A stretch of DNA of 64,000 bases, taken from contig NC_043003.1 in NCBI RefSeq assembly GCF_006345805.1, forward strand, positions 80,724,001 through 80,788,000. Direction: 5' to 3'. The notes beneath the pieces were generated by a model. It saw only the letters and a program-made list of their open reading frames with translations, made no database searches and was not told where the DNA came from. The position numbers and the translations under genes are program-made. This DNA comes from Octopus sinensis (taxonomy: Eukaryota). Below, piece by piece: positions 39,120-52,848 of the stretch; position 1 is the first letter of the stretch, and each line of letters starts with the position of its first letter.

Positions 39120-40200
39120 GATCCAGCTATAGCTTCTACGTTTTCGTTTGTATGTTTCTTTTTCTCACCATGCCCAATGTTCTAATTATTATTGACATTA
39201 TTTTCACCTTCATTGCCTCACATCTTGAATACTTCAATTCCGATGTTTTTTACTTTGACAATTTCACCACTTCGGGTTTGGTTGATATTTTCATCAGAAA
39301 GGACTGCAATTTCAATCAGAAATCAAGTGCTTCTTCTCCTTCTTTGATTATCATGTCTGGGCCATTAACTTTTATTTATTTGTCGATTTGAATCGGCATA
39401 TCTCAGATGATTGTCACCAGCTCATTGTCATGTACCTCGTTTGGCACATATTTATAGTATCTGTTGTCAGTTATAATGTTGTAGTGTTGGTATATTGTCC
39501 AGCGTATATAACTATGTACTCAATCATGTCTATATATATATGTTCAGATTTCGCAAGGACCGGGCAACCAGAGACGATGTCGTCAACTCTCTTATGCAGG
39601 TTGTAAATTCTGCATTTGGTGTTAGGAACTGTGTTCAGTATTTCGCTTGAGCAGGGAGAATCAGTCCTTCCGTTTCAGCTTGTAGTCCAGAGCTTTTGAG
39701 CCATTGTTGTCTTTTAGTTAGACTCACTTTCTCTCTCTCAAGCATTGCAGGGTATTGGTCAAGGAGCTATTTTTTCTCTCCATTTATTCTTTAGAATATT
39801 TTGTAATTCTGTTTTCATGTTGTTTTTCTCCCTTTGATCATTTCTGCTATGTTGTCATCTGAGGTCAGTTTATCAGTGCAGTTTGTTTCTGTTTTGTATT
39901 TGTGTCGCCTCCTTGTGAATAGAGAAAAGTGTTTCATTTTGCTCGCGTTGCTTTATTACATGTAGTAGTCTTCCCCTTTTTGTTTCTACGTATTTTACGA
40001 GTCCAACTGTTGTTATTTTATAATAGTTCTCTATATCTATCGGGCCACGACCTCCTTCTGAGTAGGGTAGATATATTATGTCTTCCTTTGCTTTGGGTTG
40101 ATAACTTCGATACGCTGTTAATAGTATTTTGTTTTTTCTCAATTCATCGAGCTTCCATTACGTTGAAACTGTAATTTATAACTGGTATGGCTTCTCAACA
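39120..40200 (-). mobile_element. R4/Dong-type LINE 3' half, decayed
   Basis: IYLPYSEGGRG..IENYYKITTVGL, QQWLKSSGLQAETEG, CRI..GCPVLAKSEH, GPDMIIK. Confidence 0.78.
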
Positions 40201-40247
40201 ACAACAATAATAATGATACAGATATGGACGTGTACATGTGTGTGTGC

Positions 40248-40301
<54 letters not shown>

Positions 40302-41736
40302 AAGAGCTATTCTTACGATGAAAATGCAGATAAATAAACAAAAACAGCATACCAAAATGCTACATTCTATTTTAAGGTACTGAAGTGTTATATCTGTCAA
40401 CAAAAAATTACTGACCTATGCAACTGAAACAACCGACAGTTTTGATGCCACGACTATCAAAATATTTTTTACCTTTAATTTGAAACCTTACAATAAATTT
40501 TTTTCCCATGGATGTTGACAATTTCCAGAGCGGAAGATCCATGAACAATCAATTACTACAATCTAATATCCTTTTGGGACTTTGATTTAACAGAAATATT
40601 ACTACTATTTCTAGCAGTACGCGTCACCATCTCTGGCTGGAGGCACCATCCTTCACACTCTATTCATTACAGAAAATATATAATGAACAAAAAGAGTACA
40701 CACAATAGGCAATTATCGTTGCAATTTAATAAGTCTTCTGACACACTTATCCTTAAGATAATTTGTTTACTCCAGCTTCAAGAAGCTAATCCATGTAGAG
40801 CATAAATTCGTAATTACATTTACAAAAATAAATTTCAAAACATAGTGTTAGTATAGAAAACCAAAAGCCACTTTTGTGCTAAGGATAAGCAGAGATCCGT
40901 ACAAACCTAGAATAGACAAGAGGTTTTCTAGATTAATTAGAAACGTAAGATGTATATATAAAGTTGTTATTGACTTTCGAATTTTATTTATATTAGTTAA
41001 GTTTCCCAAATTGATCCGAATATTGTCGAACGTGAAGATGCTTTATGTAATAGTAAGATGCAATGAAACTATTTATATTTTGTTAAGGTATACATACATA
41101 TTAAAGGTTAATTATATATCGGTTTCCATTTCTGAAAGTAAACAAAACTAAGAAAAGTTTTAGAAGTGGAAAGATAATTATTTGCTAGAATAGGTCAATA
41201 CGGGATATTTGAATGCATTGCTGGTGATTTTTGAATCTCATTTCAAAGTAATGAATAAACTGCATAGTGTATTTTACGTTTCCTTTTAAAAACCATCATT
41301 GTGTTTGTGGTCGATTTTTTCCGTTCGGCTTGCATACGTTAAGATGGCTGGAAGATAAACTAGAAGAATGAATGGAATGATAAATATATAGGTGACATTA
41401 GAAAGAAGGTAGAAATAATTTAGATAAGCTTTATAAAACAACTTTTGTGTGGTGCCGAATAATAATTATCACTATTGTAGGGTAGCCACCAGTATATCCA
41501 ATAAATTAAACTTCATCTAACATACTTATCATACGATTAGAGCATACTTGCACACGATGGCTCGCAGGAACGCACGCATTTACATATAAGTATATCTGAT
41601 ATACGTTTGCGTACATGTATGTAGATGTGTGATATGGTCTTTTTAATTATAGGTATGAAGAACTTAGAGTACAAAACTTGTGGTGCAAATATATACTTAT
41701 TGAGATAAAAGTAGTTCGACGTAGATACATGCATGC

Positions 41737-41860
<124 letters not shown>

Positions 41861-42764
41861 TTCTCTCTCTCTCTATATATATATATATACACACATATAC
41901 ATATATACATGAATATATATAGAATACACATATACAAATGCATGTATATATATATATTCATACATATATACATGCACACACACATATATATAATAAACGT
42001 ATATACATACAGACAGACAGACATACATACATGCGTAAGGTGAATGTCTATTCGTGTGCCAGCACCGGAAGGTCGATAACAGTTGAAAATCTTTTGGGAT
42101 GTTGACGTGGAATTTTGAAAATAGTGGGTAACCTCCAGTCACGAATCTGCAAACTTACTGATGAAGAAAACTCTTTTTAACCGTTATTTCTTTAGAATGG
42201 TTTCTCTCGTCTCTCGAGCTTTTGCTGCAATAACTTTAAAAAAATATAACAAGCGACAAGTACTACATACCGACTACGTGAACGTTCGTAATTACATACA
42301 ACCTTTCGCTTAATACACTATGATATATTACTTGGGGTCACTGAAGAAGTTGGTGAAAGATTCAATGTCAGTTCCCAAGCAGTACTTATGTGTGACAGAG
42401 ATTCTTTGGTCTCTACATAAAGTATCTTTCTCCGAGACTGTCTCTAAGTTGAAGTAGGTGCTGGTCACTCCTATACGGTCTACGTTCGTACTTGTTTACC
42501 AACTAGAATTATTCTATGTTCCTGCACTATTTACCCGATAGTCGCAACCACAAGGCTCAAGTGATTCGCCGTGTGGACTAGTGCCATTTCTGTTGCTCTG
42601 CCCTAGCATCCTCGCTAGAGAAGCCTGGTAGGGAGACCAATCCTTTGCTGAAAATTCGACAAGCGCATCGCAAACCATGTATTAGTTATGGTAGTTGTAA
42701 GTGTCCTGACATTATGTGTGAGTATTGATGTGCGTGTGACTGAATGTGCGTGTGCGTTTAAGTT

Positions 42765-42893
42765 TCCATAATTTAGCTGTTCGAAAAAATGAACCCTATA
42801 GAATAAGTACTTGGCTTAAAAATAAGTTCTGGGATAGATTCATTCGCCTAAAATGTTGGTGTACCTGCATGTCTTCAGTCTCACTACTGAAAC

Positions 42894-42897
<4 letters not shown>
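42765..42897 (+). mobile_element. SINE family A, decayed 3' part
   Basis: TTAGCTGTTCGAAAAAATGAACCCTATAGAATAAGTACT..ACTGAAACAAG. Confidence 0.65.
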
Positions 42898-42936
<39 letters not shown>

Positions 42937-43046
42937 CCCACCACACACACAAAAAAAAAACGAAGAACTACACAAGAAAAAGCAACAACGCGTGGACATG
43001 GTACATGTAAAGTATTAGCAGACGCTCAGGGAACGACAGAAAGGTA

Positions 43047-43080
43047 GTTTTACGCTTCGAGCAATGCTCTCGTCAGAAAC
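43047..43080 (-). ncRNA. Minimal type I hammerhead ribozyme (A15.1>G)
   Basis: GUUU-CUGACGA-GAGC(AUU)GCUC-GAAG-C-GUA-AAAC. Confidence 0.7.
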
Positions 43081-43927
43081 AGAAGACGGATGAAAGTTCA
43101 AGACAAAAGGATGACGAAGGAAAAAAATCGCTCACGATCCACATGTGGTTACATTCTGAAATGACTGGAAGGGAATGGTTTAAGAAAAAGTTCTTCCTAA
43201 GGTAGGAGAGTGTACATGCGCGCAAGTGTGTGTGTGTGTAATAGCATATGTCTGTGTGTATGTGTGAGTGTATTGTGTGTGTGGTGTTTGTGTGGTGTTT
43301 ATATGCGTATGGCTGAGTGAACTTTGTGTCTCTTAGAGTTGTAGGAAGAATTCAGCAGCATGGAAACAGGAGTGGTGGTCTCTTGTGTAGTTGTGGGTCT
43401 TCACATGTGGGTTGAGGAACGGTCAGTAGGAAGGTGTTTAACAGGCAGTTTGTAGTATATGTGTACGTGTATGTATATGTTGTGTGTGTGTGTGTGTTTT
43501 GTGTAGGGTGTGTGTGCATGCGTCTGTGTATGTGAGAGTGTGTAGTGAGTCTGAGAGAGAAGCAAATAAAAAGAGTGATGAAGTCGACGTTGTAAGTCTG
43601 TTTATAACTGTGGTTATATGTTAATGTATGCTGTCTTCCATATAGCTACTCCTATCCTTGTAGAGAATAATGCTAAAATTATAAAGGCTCTTGTGTGTGT
43701 TCTTTTTTAATTAAATTCCATGTAATGGATACCGGTATACATTTATATCTGACTGTACAGAAAATCACACAGAAAATAATATATTTTATCCAGGTGTTTT
43801 CAAATAATTTATTGAGGTACTTGCTGATTATATCAATTTTAAGATGTAATATATTCGGATATCATATATATGGATTCTGTTTCTATTTCAAGGTGGCATA
43901 TAACTTTAAACATTCTAGGCCGCATCA

Positions 43928-43980
<53 letters not shown>

Positions 43981-43987
<7 letters not shown>

Positions 43988-44361
43988 AAATGGAAAGATG
44001 AATTATCTCGTTACGGATTATTCAAAAGTTTAACCGATACCTGGGTAGCGAAAATCACAGCAGAAAAAACACGGTTGGAGTTATGACCATAGGGTGTTGC
44101 AACCGTGCGTTGGCGCGGATAATTGAAGTTTAATATAATTAGTGAATGGAAGAAATGGAGCTGAACGAAGATTCTACAGAATTCCTTTTATTACATTCTA
44201 CACGTATTTCAAAGGCCACAAATTTCCAAATTCTGATTGAATAAGGATACCATATTGCAGCTTTCTCTTCAGGAAAATCCAGGAATTACGATGTCCAAAC
44301 AAAACAAAGGCGCAGCAAGCAACTCGAACAAGAACGCTCCCTAGGAGCCCATGGTGTAAAC

Positions 44362-44365
<4 letters not shown>
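43981..44365 (-). mobile_element. Short hammerhead-bearing element flanked by (TA)n on both sides (PLE terminal-repeat-like)
   Basis: (TA)n at 43931-43980 and 44366-44412, hammerhead at 44196-44275. Confidence 0.6.
44196..44275 (-). ncRNA. Type I hammerhead ribozyme with long stem II
   Basis: UUC-CUGAAGA-GAAAGCUGCAA....UUGUGGCCUUU-GAAA-UACGU-GUA-GAA. Confidence 0.72.
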
Positions 44366-44416
<51 letters not shown>

Positions 44417-44722
44417 GTTTCTCAGGAACTATTAGACCTGACACCGTATATTAACCGGTGTTGTTCAAACGATGAATAGATACGCGTAAATCAATTGGTT
44501 CGTTTCATTCTCTTACTTTATTATTATTAACATCTTATAATAATCTCCTAATAATGACCTTTATGACTCGTATTACTACCTCAGTCAATCTGAATGTATA
44601 TATTTGTCACTACCTGTCATAAATAGCCTTTTTCTATCTGCAATATGCATTTTCGTTGATTTTTCATATTTTATCCTTACATTCCCACGTGTATTTTATA
44701 TTTTCTTTTCGTAACATATTTC

Positions 44723-44789
<67 letters not shown>

Positions 44790-46299
44790 TAGGTGTGTGT
44801 GGGTGTGTGGGTGTTTGCATGTGTGTATGTACAGTGAAATTTTATTTCATCATTTGTAAGAATGTAATTATAACAATAAATATAAACTTTATCTCTAAAT
44901 GTACTTCAATTTATTATAAGTAATTGTCATATTACGTAACCAACAAACTTCTATCATTCAGTGTAAAGCTCAGAATGCGATTTTACAGGGATTTAAAGAT
45001 TGCTGCATTTCCATGGTTGATTTTAATCATTTGTTAATTCACTTGACATTATTTGAAGCCGCAACCAAATAAACGCCCGGTAATGTATCGATCCCGCAAG
45101 CTTCCCGCTGTGTTTTTATCTATCTATATATATATAAAGTCTATATGAGATTAATATTATTTTAGGAAAATGAAATATTATTACACCTTCAAGTACCTTT
45201 TCTCGTAAAACTGTACGAATTTATAAGTGAAAATCCACAATTTGTAAATGGCGACTTAATTGAATTTTGAAGGATTATTGAATATTGACATAAAAAGAAG
45301 AGAAGGATAATTGCAAAATGACTAGCGAAAATTTTCGTTAAGTATCATAGGAAGTAGAGAAATAATATATATGTGACAATTTGACGAAGATGGTGAAAAA
45401 CAAAAAATCGATTGCATGCTCGGGATTTTATTTCGCAAATCAATAAAGTTGTAAAACGGCAAAATGATAGTTCAATGAGCGTTGAGGCGTAAATCATCTA
45501 TTTGAAACTCTTATGATTGACAATGGGTGAAACCGTGAATAAAATTCCGAAGCGACATAGACTTTCTTGGGGAGATTTATATAACAATTATATTTACTTA
45601 TTTAGAGTGTAACTTTTACCATAAAAGCCTTTCAATCTATAACTACTGCCGATAAGTAACCCATTGTTTATGGATTTTATTTCTTCTCTGATGCAAGCAA
45701 AATCTATAATCTATTTATGGTCCACGCATATGTTTCTTTGATCTAATATCTTTCCAATACTCACATGCTAAACATACGTATTTGATTTCTTTAAATAAGT
45801 GCATGGGACCATGTAGAATATTTTTTCTACTTATCTCAATTGCAGTATTATTCATCGTGAGCGTGAAATATTCGCATATCAGGCAATATCTTCCATGGGA
45901 TTAAAATTAAAAGAAAAAAAAAACAGGTATTGATAGATTTGCAATAATATCATATGAGTACTGCCGCGAAATATGATTAATTTCCAACTTCGAAAGCAAA
46001 TATAAATATATATCAAAAGCCTGTAATTCATGCAGAAGGAAAATAGTCGGCCTTTGGAAACCTGAACGTCTTTCATTCTACAGACAGTCAATGTTCTATA
46101 TTCTACATATCACTCAAAATATTCCTGGACCGAATACAAGTTATCAAGACGTTATATATGCGTATACATTCGTACATGCTTATACACACACAAACATACA
46201 CACACTCACACACACACTGGCACATATATTCGTGCGTGTATGGCATGATGTTATACACCCCTATACATATATATCGTATGTAATATACACTCACATATA

Positions 46300-47520
46300 A
46301 GAAGTTGCACTGAAACGTTCGTAGGCTGACTATGAAGAACTGACGGTAGAGCTGGGAAATGTTACAAGCATTGATTTTATTAACAATTGCATTGATTCTC
46401 GCTAAGTAAAATGACATCTGACTTCATAGACGTCAAAATTTACTAGTTTATATTTCTCTTGAAAATTGACGAGTTTAGCAATGTGGAGTTATAAAGTATT
46501 TGCAGAAGAAAAAGGTGTAGCTTTCAAGTACATTTAAGCTGACATAGTTGCTACATAGGCGATGACGTCCCATTTTTCTGACCTGTGCAAAATTGAGAAG
46601 CTGGATTTAGGAGGGGAGAAGAAATTCTTGAAGATGACCCAAGTTCTGAACACCCTAAAACTGCCACCACTGAGGTAATCATTGATATTGTTCATTACAT
46701 GGTGATGGATAACATGCGATTGACTATAAAGCAAATAACCAATGCGTGAGAGCGTTAAGAATATACCATACAATGAACTTAGCATAACGAAGGTTTCTGC
46801 TAGGCACCTGATCAAAATTGCACCAGCCTGATCGCATCACGCGAAGATCTAACATTGACTGGGGCAGATTCAGGTTGTCTCTTTTAATGTTTCCTAAACC
46901 AGGATGAGTGTCGGTTTCATCACTTTGAGCCAGAGAAGAAAAGACAATTTATGCAGTGGAAATACACCTTCTCCCCTAGTCCAAAGAAGGTCAAACAATT
47001 TCATCTGCAGGGAAAGTGGCGACCTCAGTTCTTTGGCATGCAAACAATTTTGTGCTTATTGATTATCTTCAAAAGGAGCACACTCACAACGGAGAATACT
47101 ATGCCGACTTGCTGAAGTAGTTACGAGAGGCTATCAAGATCAAACGGTGAGAAAAACTGACAAAAGAAGTCTTCTTTTATCAGGAAAATGCTCCAGCACA
47201 CAAATTCTTCAAACGTGATTGTGACTTTGAAGTGCTTGATTAGCATTCCTATTCTCCTGATTTGACCCATACTTTAAAAAAAACCCAAAAAACGATCGGA
47301 TGGGAAACAGTATTGCAGTGATGTGACGTCGAATCTGCAGTTCATGAGAGTTTTTTAGCAACAGGGTGAATATTTCTTCCCCAATCAGATCCAAGCACTA
47401 CAATACCGATGGAAGTATCTTGAAGACCGCAAGGGAGACTATGTGCAAAACTAAATCTCATTTTAACGCCATTCCATGAGAGTATCTTGGTCAACCTATG
47501 AACATTTCAGCCGACCTGCG
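46300..47520 (+). mobile_element. Mariner DNA transposon, old and heavily decayed
   Basis: Imperfect TIRs (TA|AGAAGTTGCACTGAAACGTTCGTAGGCTGAC and GTCAACCTATGAACATTTCAGCCGACCTGCG|TA). Peptides HNELSITKVSAR, LNQDECRFHHFEPEKKRQFMQWK, IDYLQK..GEYYADLL and FYQENAPAH. Confidence 0.88.
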
Positions 47521-47566
47521 TATGTTATTACCAATATTATTGTTGTTTTTGTTGTTGTTGTTGTTG

Positions 47567-47616
<50 letters not shown>

Positions 47617-48175
47617 GAGAGAGCGAGAGCAGATCAGGGCATCAGAGTGACGGCGGGGACAAATATTCGAAGCATGCATGCCAACAAAGTGACACGGGGA
47701 TAAAATATATAAAGCCCAATATACCCATCATGACCACCCGTCTGATAAGGGTACACTGGGCACATGCATCACAATTGAATATGAGTGACATGGTGACCCC
47801 CATATCAAGATAAACAGCGCATTATCTTGCAGATAGAATTTTCTTCAGGTTGAGTGGTCCATCCCGATGGAAAAGTCCCTAATTAATGGTTGTTTAAGAA
47901 TGGTGAGTGAAACACCCATTCTCCACGGGGGAATTACGCAAACTCCAAAGAATTCCTCACAAACCATGGTTACCATGCTTCCCCACTAATTCTACTCGTG
48001 ATCAGTGATGCACATATCGTCAGCCACTACGGCTCATGGTCAATTGGTTAAACCAAGCAACTGACAAGCAAATATGTGGTATTGAGAAGAACATTTGCTG
48101 TAGCCCATCTCTTATACCAAGGCAAAGCATGTACATGTTAACAGTTAAGCGCAAAAGCCATAAGGGCCAATGGCT
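47617..48175 (-). mobile_element. Third, more diverged copy of the ~530-bp (AAT)n-associated element
   Basis: CATGCCAACAAAGTGACAC..ATACCCATCATGACCACCCGTCTGATAAGGGTACAC..GCTGTAGCCCATCT. It follows (ATT)n at 47571-47616. Confidence 0.8.
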
Positions 48176-48196
48176 AATATTATTAATATTATTATA

Positions 48197-49115
48197 TGTT
48201 TGACTTTTACTTTGTATTTATACAAGTTGGCACCAAGTCTCACCCAGAGACTTCAAGAGACAAGTTAGAAATTTATGTTGGCGTTAGGCCTAGAGTGTCA
48301 TATATTTGGTTTTATACATAGTATTGTTCTAGAGAATGTTTAAGAAAACAAGAAAATGAGTGTATTTAAAAATTTGAGTTTACATAGATTTTATGTAGGA
48401 TATGGGCAGTTCCCATGAGCACTATCTTTTGGATTTCTGCCATTTTGGGGTTTCCTGGTATTTGAACTTGGTATAAGTAAGCCCCTTTTATTATCATTCC
48501 TAAGGCACCTGCGAAAACAGGAGTTGTTTTAGTCTTGAGGTTCCTCATTTTGCGAATTCCTTTTTCAAGTTTATATTTGTTCAGGTTTTGGTAGCTCTTG
48601 GCAGATACATTTATGTCGATTGGGACAGTCATATCAATGAGGAGGAATGATTGTTGTATGAAGTCTTTCAATATAATTCGCATCTATCTTTCTGTGAGTC
48701 TGAATGGTGAAGTGCCAGATGAGTGAGATGTGAACGTTTTCAATCACTGGAGGTGTCTTGTGTTCCCACCGGTTTTTATCATGGGGCAGGTCTAGGTTTT
48801 TGCAAATTACTGCTCTATCATACCTATTAAGATATTCTGTAGGCGCAAGAAGACTGCACATGGAGAAAACATGATCAATGCTTTCATTTTGCTGTTGCCA
48901 TATACGACATGTTGGGCTTCTGCCATTCTTTAATATGTCGGCCTGGTAGTTTCTTGTAGATAGGCATTGATCTTGGGTTGCTATGATAAACAATTCCGCT
49001 CCTGATTTTAAGCCAGGAGACACCATCCATTGATGGATAAGGACTTTGTCAACATCAGCACTATTAGCTCAGTTTGGATATTTGCCATTGAGAGTATTTT
49101 TTTCTCGCCATTTTC
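48197..49115 (-). mobile_element. R4/Dong-type LINE 3' end (same subfamily as 36359-37600)
   Basis: ORFs 48634-49026 and 48366-48683 match the 36535-37614 protein, and the 3' UTR TGTTTGACTTTT..TACAAGTTGG is shared. Confidence 0.9.
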
Positions 49116-49119
49116 AGTA

Positions 49120-49161
49120 TTACTATTATTATTATTGTTATCATCATCATCATCATCATCA

Positions 49162-49211
<50 letters not shown>

Positions 49212-49323
49212 GTTGTTGTTGTTGTTGTTGTTGTTGTCGTCGTCATCATCATCATCATCATCATTATTATTGTTGTTGTTGTTGTTGTTGTTGTCGTCGT
49301 CATCATCATCATCATCATCATCA

Positions 49324-49360
<37 letters not shown>
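49120..49360. repeat. Compound (ATT)/(ATC)/(GTT)n microsatellite
   Basis: Seen directly. Confidence 0.95.
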
Positions 49361-49361
<1 letters not shown>

Positions 49362-50035
49362 ATTCAGTAGTTTTATTTTTATAGCGTGCTTTCACTTCAC
49401 TACCGAGCGCAGCTCTGTGTGCCTTGGGTATGTGCTGTGATTTGTTGTGATGCTCTGATGGTTATTGTATGGAAAGTGTTCTGCGTAGGATGTGTGCAGT
49501 GCCTAGTAGTGCAATTTTCTGTATGTTATATGTGTTTGTAAGTCCTGGTGTTTTTGTTATGCATTTGTCTGAATATATTTTTATCATGCCTAATGCACCT
49601 ACTATGATAGGAATTGTTTCTGTTTTCAGGTTCCACATTCTAGTTATCTCTATTTCCAGGTCTTTGTATTTTGAGAGTTTCTCCATTTCTTTTAGAGACA
49701 CGTTGTCATCTGCCGGTATTGATACATCAATTAGAAAGCATTTTTTTCTTCATGATCTCTGACAACTATATCTGGTCTGTTGGCCTTAATTTCTCTATCT
49801 GTGTGTATCGGCATATCCCAGAGTATGGTTGCTTTCTCGTTTTCTGTGACCTTTTCTGGTGTGTGCCTATAGCATCTTTTTTCTGTTGTTATTCCATAAT
49901 GTTGGCATAGCTTCCAATGTATGTAGGTTCCAACTTTGTCATGTCTGTGAATATATATACCTTCTTAGCCAGGACTGGGCAGCTAGAGATAATATGATTT
50001 ATTGTTTCTTGTCCATCTCCACATATTCTGCAGTT
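49362..50035 (-). mobile_element. R4/Dong-type LINE 3' end, different subfamily
   Basis: [53 protein letters not shown]. Distinct 3' UTR, flanked by (ATT)n on both sides. Confidence 0.9.
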
Positions 50036-50051
50036 ACTATTATTATTATTA

Positions 50052-50089
<38 letters not shown>

Positions 50090-50105
50090 TTATTATTATT
50101 ATTCT

Positions 50106-51600
50106 ATGTTTGACTTTTGCTTTATATTTGTACAAGTTGGCTCCAAGTCTCACCCAGAGACCTCAAGAGACAACAGGGTTGGAAGTTCATGTTGTTGTTA
50201 TGCCTAGTGTGCCATATATTTGGGGGGTGGGGATGTTGTACTAATGAATGTCTAAAAAAAAAAAAAGTTTTTTTTTTACAGATTACCCAGTGAATTGTAG
50301 TCAATAATTTCTATATGACTAGTTCTGCCTATTTTGGGCAGACTACTGTTTCTTTCAGTTGTTGCAACCATTCACCATCCTTCTTGTGCTCCTTGACTTC
50401 GCTTCAGATTTCACTCCAAAACTTTTGACGCTCAATGTCATCTGGTATCAACTTTTCATATGTATACTCTCCATTTATTATTATTATTTGTTTTTGCAGA
50501 ATCCCTTCTGATTTACTTTGAATAAACTATTCTGCTGGTATCCCTTCATTCTTTGGTAGTATTTTAACATATTTGCTTTCTTTGCAACGAGGTTCATTAC
50601 CAGTATGAAGCCCATTCTTTCAATATCATACTTCCTGTTAATTCCCCTTTATTTTTGTCCGCTTTAAGCACCTCCTTCTCTTTTCGGTTTAACACAGAAA
50701 TGTCCTTCGAGGACATGTCTAACCCCGCTTGTACTCTTCTTTTCGACCGTGGATCTTTTCTTTTGTCACGGCCTTTATATTTCTTCTTCTTGACATCAAC
50801 GCCCACATTTTCTCCTACAACAATACTTGCTGCCTTGATCAGATTATTTATTTCTGTGATATTTTTTGTTCTGATGTGTTTCTGAACTTCATTGACACTT
50901 TTCGTTTCTTGGTTCAATTTCCAACGATCAACCCATTTAAGTTTGCAAATAATGCCGCTATCGTTCTCCAGTAATATTCCATTTTTCTGCCTTTTGCTCA
51001 TGTGTCATGTCACCATCAGTTTTATTGTCTTCTTCCAGACCATCTGTATCTCTCATCGAGCAAGCTATCACTGTTCCTTTCCTTTGGTTTATTAGAGACC
51101 TCACCTCTTTTTTCTGTTATCATATTACTTTTATCAATTTGAACTGTATTTTCATCTGTTGATGTTTTCCAGTACCCCTATATTGATAGCTTTGATCTCC
51201 ACTTCTGTGAACCAACGATTTTTTTTTCTTATTGCTCTAGATTGATCACATTATCTCTGTTCTGGGAGTTGAAACAATCCTATCTCTCTTCATTGATCAT
51301 GCATACGTTGTCGGTATCCCCTAATACAAACACCATTTTCGTTTACAGGGCTGCTCATGTAGCAACAATGCTACAGCATTGACATTTTTGTTCCATCTAC
51401 TCCTTATGTGGTCCCTTGATGGATAACGACAGTCTGGAGTCGGAAAAGTATCTCAGAGCCTGCCGGATGTAAAACTGTCACCACCAAGGGCTTCAGTTTC
51501 ATTACCACAGTTATTCACAATATTTCGTTTTTTCATTGTAACTCATGTGAGGTAGTAATTATCAGGTTGCACAATTAGCAGTGTTTCTATTCTGACACCA
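50106..51600 (-). mobile_element. R4/Dong-type LINE pieces: 3' UTR (50106-50300) joined to N-terminal ORF region
   Basis: The 3' UTR matches 36359-36500. Peptides KNITEINNLIKAASIVVGE, YQRMKGYQQNSLF and GYRQRMH..EIGLF..EQR*CDQSRAIRK. Confidence 0.8.
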
Positions 51601-51781
51601 TCACTAGATGTATCATCAATCAGGATATGGTGAGATTTCAACTGCTCCTTTCATTCTTATTATTATCATTACTGATATTATAATTTTCACTTTTTACTAT
51701 TTGTCATTGTTAACATTTCCTCTGATCCGACGAGTCTCGGCTAAATTATTATTATTATTATTGTTATTATTATTATTATTA

Positions 51782-51844
<63 letters not shown>

Positions 51845-52354
51845 TCCATTTATCAAATGTTGCTTAGTTTCATCTTTTGTCTCGTACTTGAGATAATTAT
51901 GTGAGGGATGGAGAGAATAGTAGGAAGAAGAGAAGCAACTTAGTAAATAGACCAAATTCTACAGGTCTGTAGATAGATTCGGCAGATGGTTAAGAGGTGA
52001 GCAATGGAAATTCCTGTACGATAAGGAGACAAAAGAGGTCCCTCGCGCTTGGTGTCAGCTGAGGCCAACTATATTCAATAATACTAGCAATAAATGAGAG
52101 TGCTGAACTTGGCCTTGAAAAAAACCAATTCACCTTGCTCTATTTTTAAATACTGATAGAAAAAAAATAATAATATATATGCATACAGATACATGTTCAC
52201 ATCGTTGACGTTTTGAATTTCTGATTTTTCTTTTTTTCTTTTTATAAGTTTTACTATAGTTTATAGTTTTTATATTTCTGCAGTTTGTATATATTGGCCG
52301 GTGCTTACATCTTTAATTTATTTTTTTATCGTTTATTTAATTGTGTTATTGCAA

Positions 52355-52730
52355 AAATGTTGTTTACATATTCGGGCAGTGAGGGAGAAAAGCCACATAA
52401 TTTTCACACAAAATTGTAGATATTAAATTTTAAAATTTTCTATAGATATCTGTTTGTAAGTCTGATGAGAGACGACTGTAGTATTATTTTTGCAATAAAA
52501 AGGATGTTTACATTTTCGAATACTGAGGGAGAAAGCGAAAAGAAAAGGAGAATAAAATCTTCACGGGAATTTGTAGATATTAAAGTTTTAAAATTTACTA
52601 AAGATGGTCTTTTGTATGTCCGAATAGAGAAAACTGTAGTGTTCTTTGTATAAAAAGGATGTTTACATTTTCGAATAGCCAGGGAGAAAAGAAAGTTTAG
52701 TTATTCACAAAAGCTGTAGATATTACTGTA
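52355..52730. repeat. Diverged ~150-bp tandem repeat, about 2.5 units
   Basis: The motif TGTTTACAT(T/A)TTCG..AGGGAGAAA..TGTAGATATTA recurs at about 52361, 52505 and 52660. Confidence 0.8.
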
Positions 52731-52780
52731 AATATGTAAGTTTCTTAACTTATTTTGAGGAAAATTTAAAATTATTATTA

Positions 52781-52848
<68 letters not shown>

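Noticed and set aside
40405-40475. Possible minus-strand micro-exon (KKYFDSRGIKTVGCFSCI) with AG|GTCAGT donor
   Set aside because: The acceptor is poor, with no recognisable homology and no partner exons.
42336-42398. GTCA-CTGAAGA-AGTTGG...CCAA...TGAC hammerhead-like motif
   Set aside because: There is no GAAA box after the putative stem II, so it is too degenerate.
45121-45560. TCTATATATATATAAAG as a Helitron 5' end
   Set aside because: No 3' hairpin plus CTAG was found downstream.
49030-49384. Poly-L/S/Y/H/I/M ORFs here and at 2482, 14400, 17636, 34553, 38604, 51608 and 63465
   Set aside because: They are translations of di- and trinucleotide microsatellites, not genes.
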